Source: an uncultured Planctomycetales bacterium
GTDB lineage: Bacteria; Omnitrophota; Gorgyraeia; Zapsychrales; JANLHA01
NCBI GenBank assembly: GCA_964595465.1
Contig: CAZQQI010000004.1
Coordinates: 30,195 to 94,194, forward strand
Reading direction: 5' to 3'
Length of the DNA: 64,000 nt
Below: more notes on the stretch, generated by a model. It was not told the origin of the DNA. It searched no databases and saw nothing but the letters and a program-made list of their open reading frames with translations. The first letter of the stretch is position 1. The DNA is not shown here.

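Noticed and set aside
1-64000. Alternative genetic code or stop-codon reassignment as the explanation for the absent stops.
   Set aside because: TAA, TAG and TGA are all abundant in the other five frames and terminate the nested small ORFs (TAG at 472, TAA at 46792). Only frame 2 is depleted, which indicates one selected ORF under the standard code.
1-64000. A P-loop NTPase (Walker A, GxxxxGK[ST]) within the giant protein.
   Set aside because: Scanning the translation found no convincing GxxxxGK[ST] or Walker B pair. Glycine-rich stretches such as GGDALGTLG and GRGTTNTF do not fit.
1-64000. Mobile elements, CRISPR arrays, tRNA or rRNA genes.
   Set aside because: No transposase or integrase-like translation in any frame, no short regularly spaced repeats, and no rRNA or tRNA-like structure. 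Every repeat found lies in frame within the coding sequence.

Overview
The whole 64 kb window lies inside a single stop-free reading frame on the + strand (frame 2, codons starting at position 2, 5, 8 and so on, running through 63998..64000). The ORF track lists no frame-2 ORF at all, which fits an ORF with no stop inside the window that is open at both ends. That makes at least 21,333 codons of one giant, multi-domain, repeatedly membrane-spanning protein. TAA, TAG and TGA all occur freely in the other five frames, so the code looks standard. All long minus-strand ORFs are antisense shadows of it. Inside the giant ORF I see: (i) two paralogous super-modules of about 18.7 and 16.3 kb (about 505..19160 and 19603..35912), homologous along their length, with a 99.8% identical 650 bp patch and a conserved module-terminal block followed by a Pro/Ala/Glu/Lys linker and TM helices; (ii) a different third region with two tandem 3.6 kb sub-modules carrying TPR-like repeats and, in one, a complete PEP-utilising-enzyme (PtsI-like) phosphotransfer core; (iii) a fourth region with TPR-like repeats, PBS-lyase-type HEAT repeats and a near-perfect 99-nt (33-aa) tandem array; (iv) degenerate LytM/M23-like domains in both super-modules, many polytopic TM clusters and a possible GT2-like motif. 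Two small paralogous ORFs (187..474 and 46561..46794), each with a canonical AAGGAGG Shine-Dalgarno 6 nt upstream of its ATG and genome-typical codon usage, sit out of frame inside the giant ORF at module junctions, where the giant frame reads Ser/Thr/Arg/Ala-rich low-complexity sequence. No rRNA, tRNA, CRISPR, transposase or integrase signal was seen.
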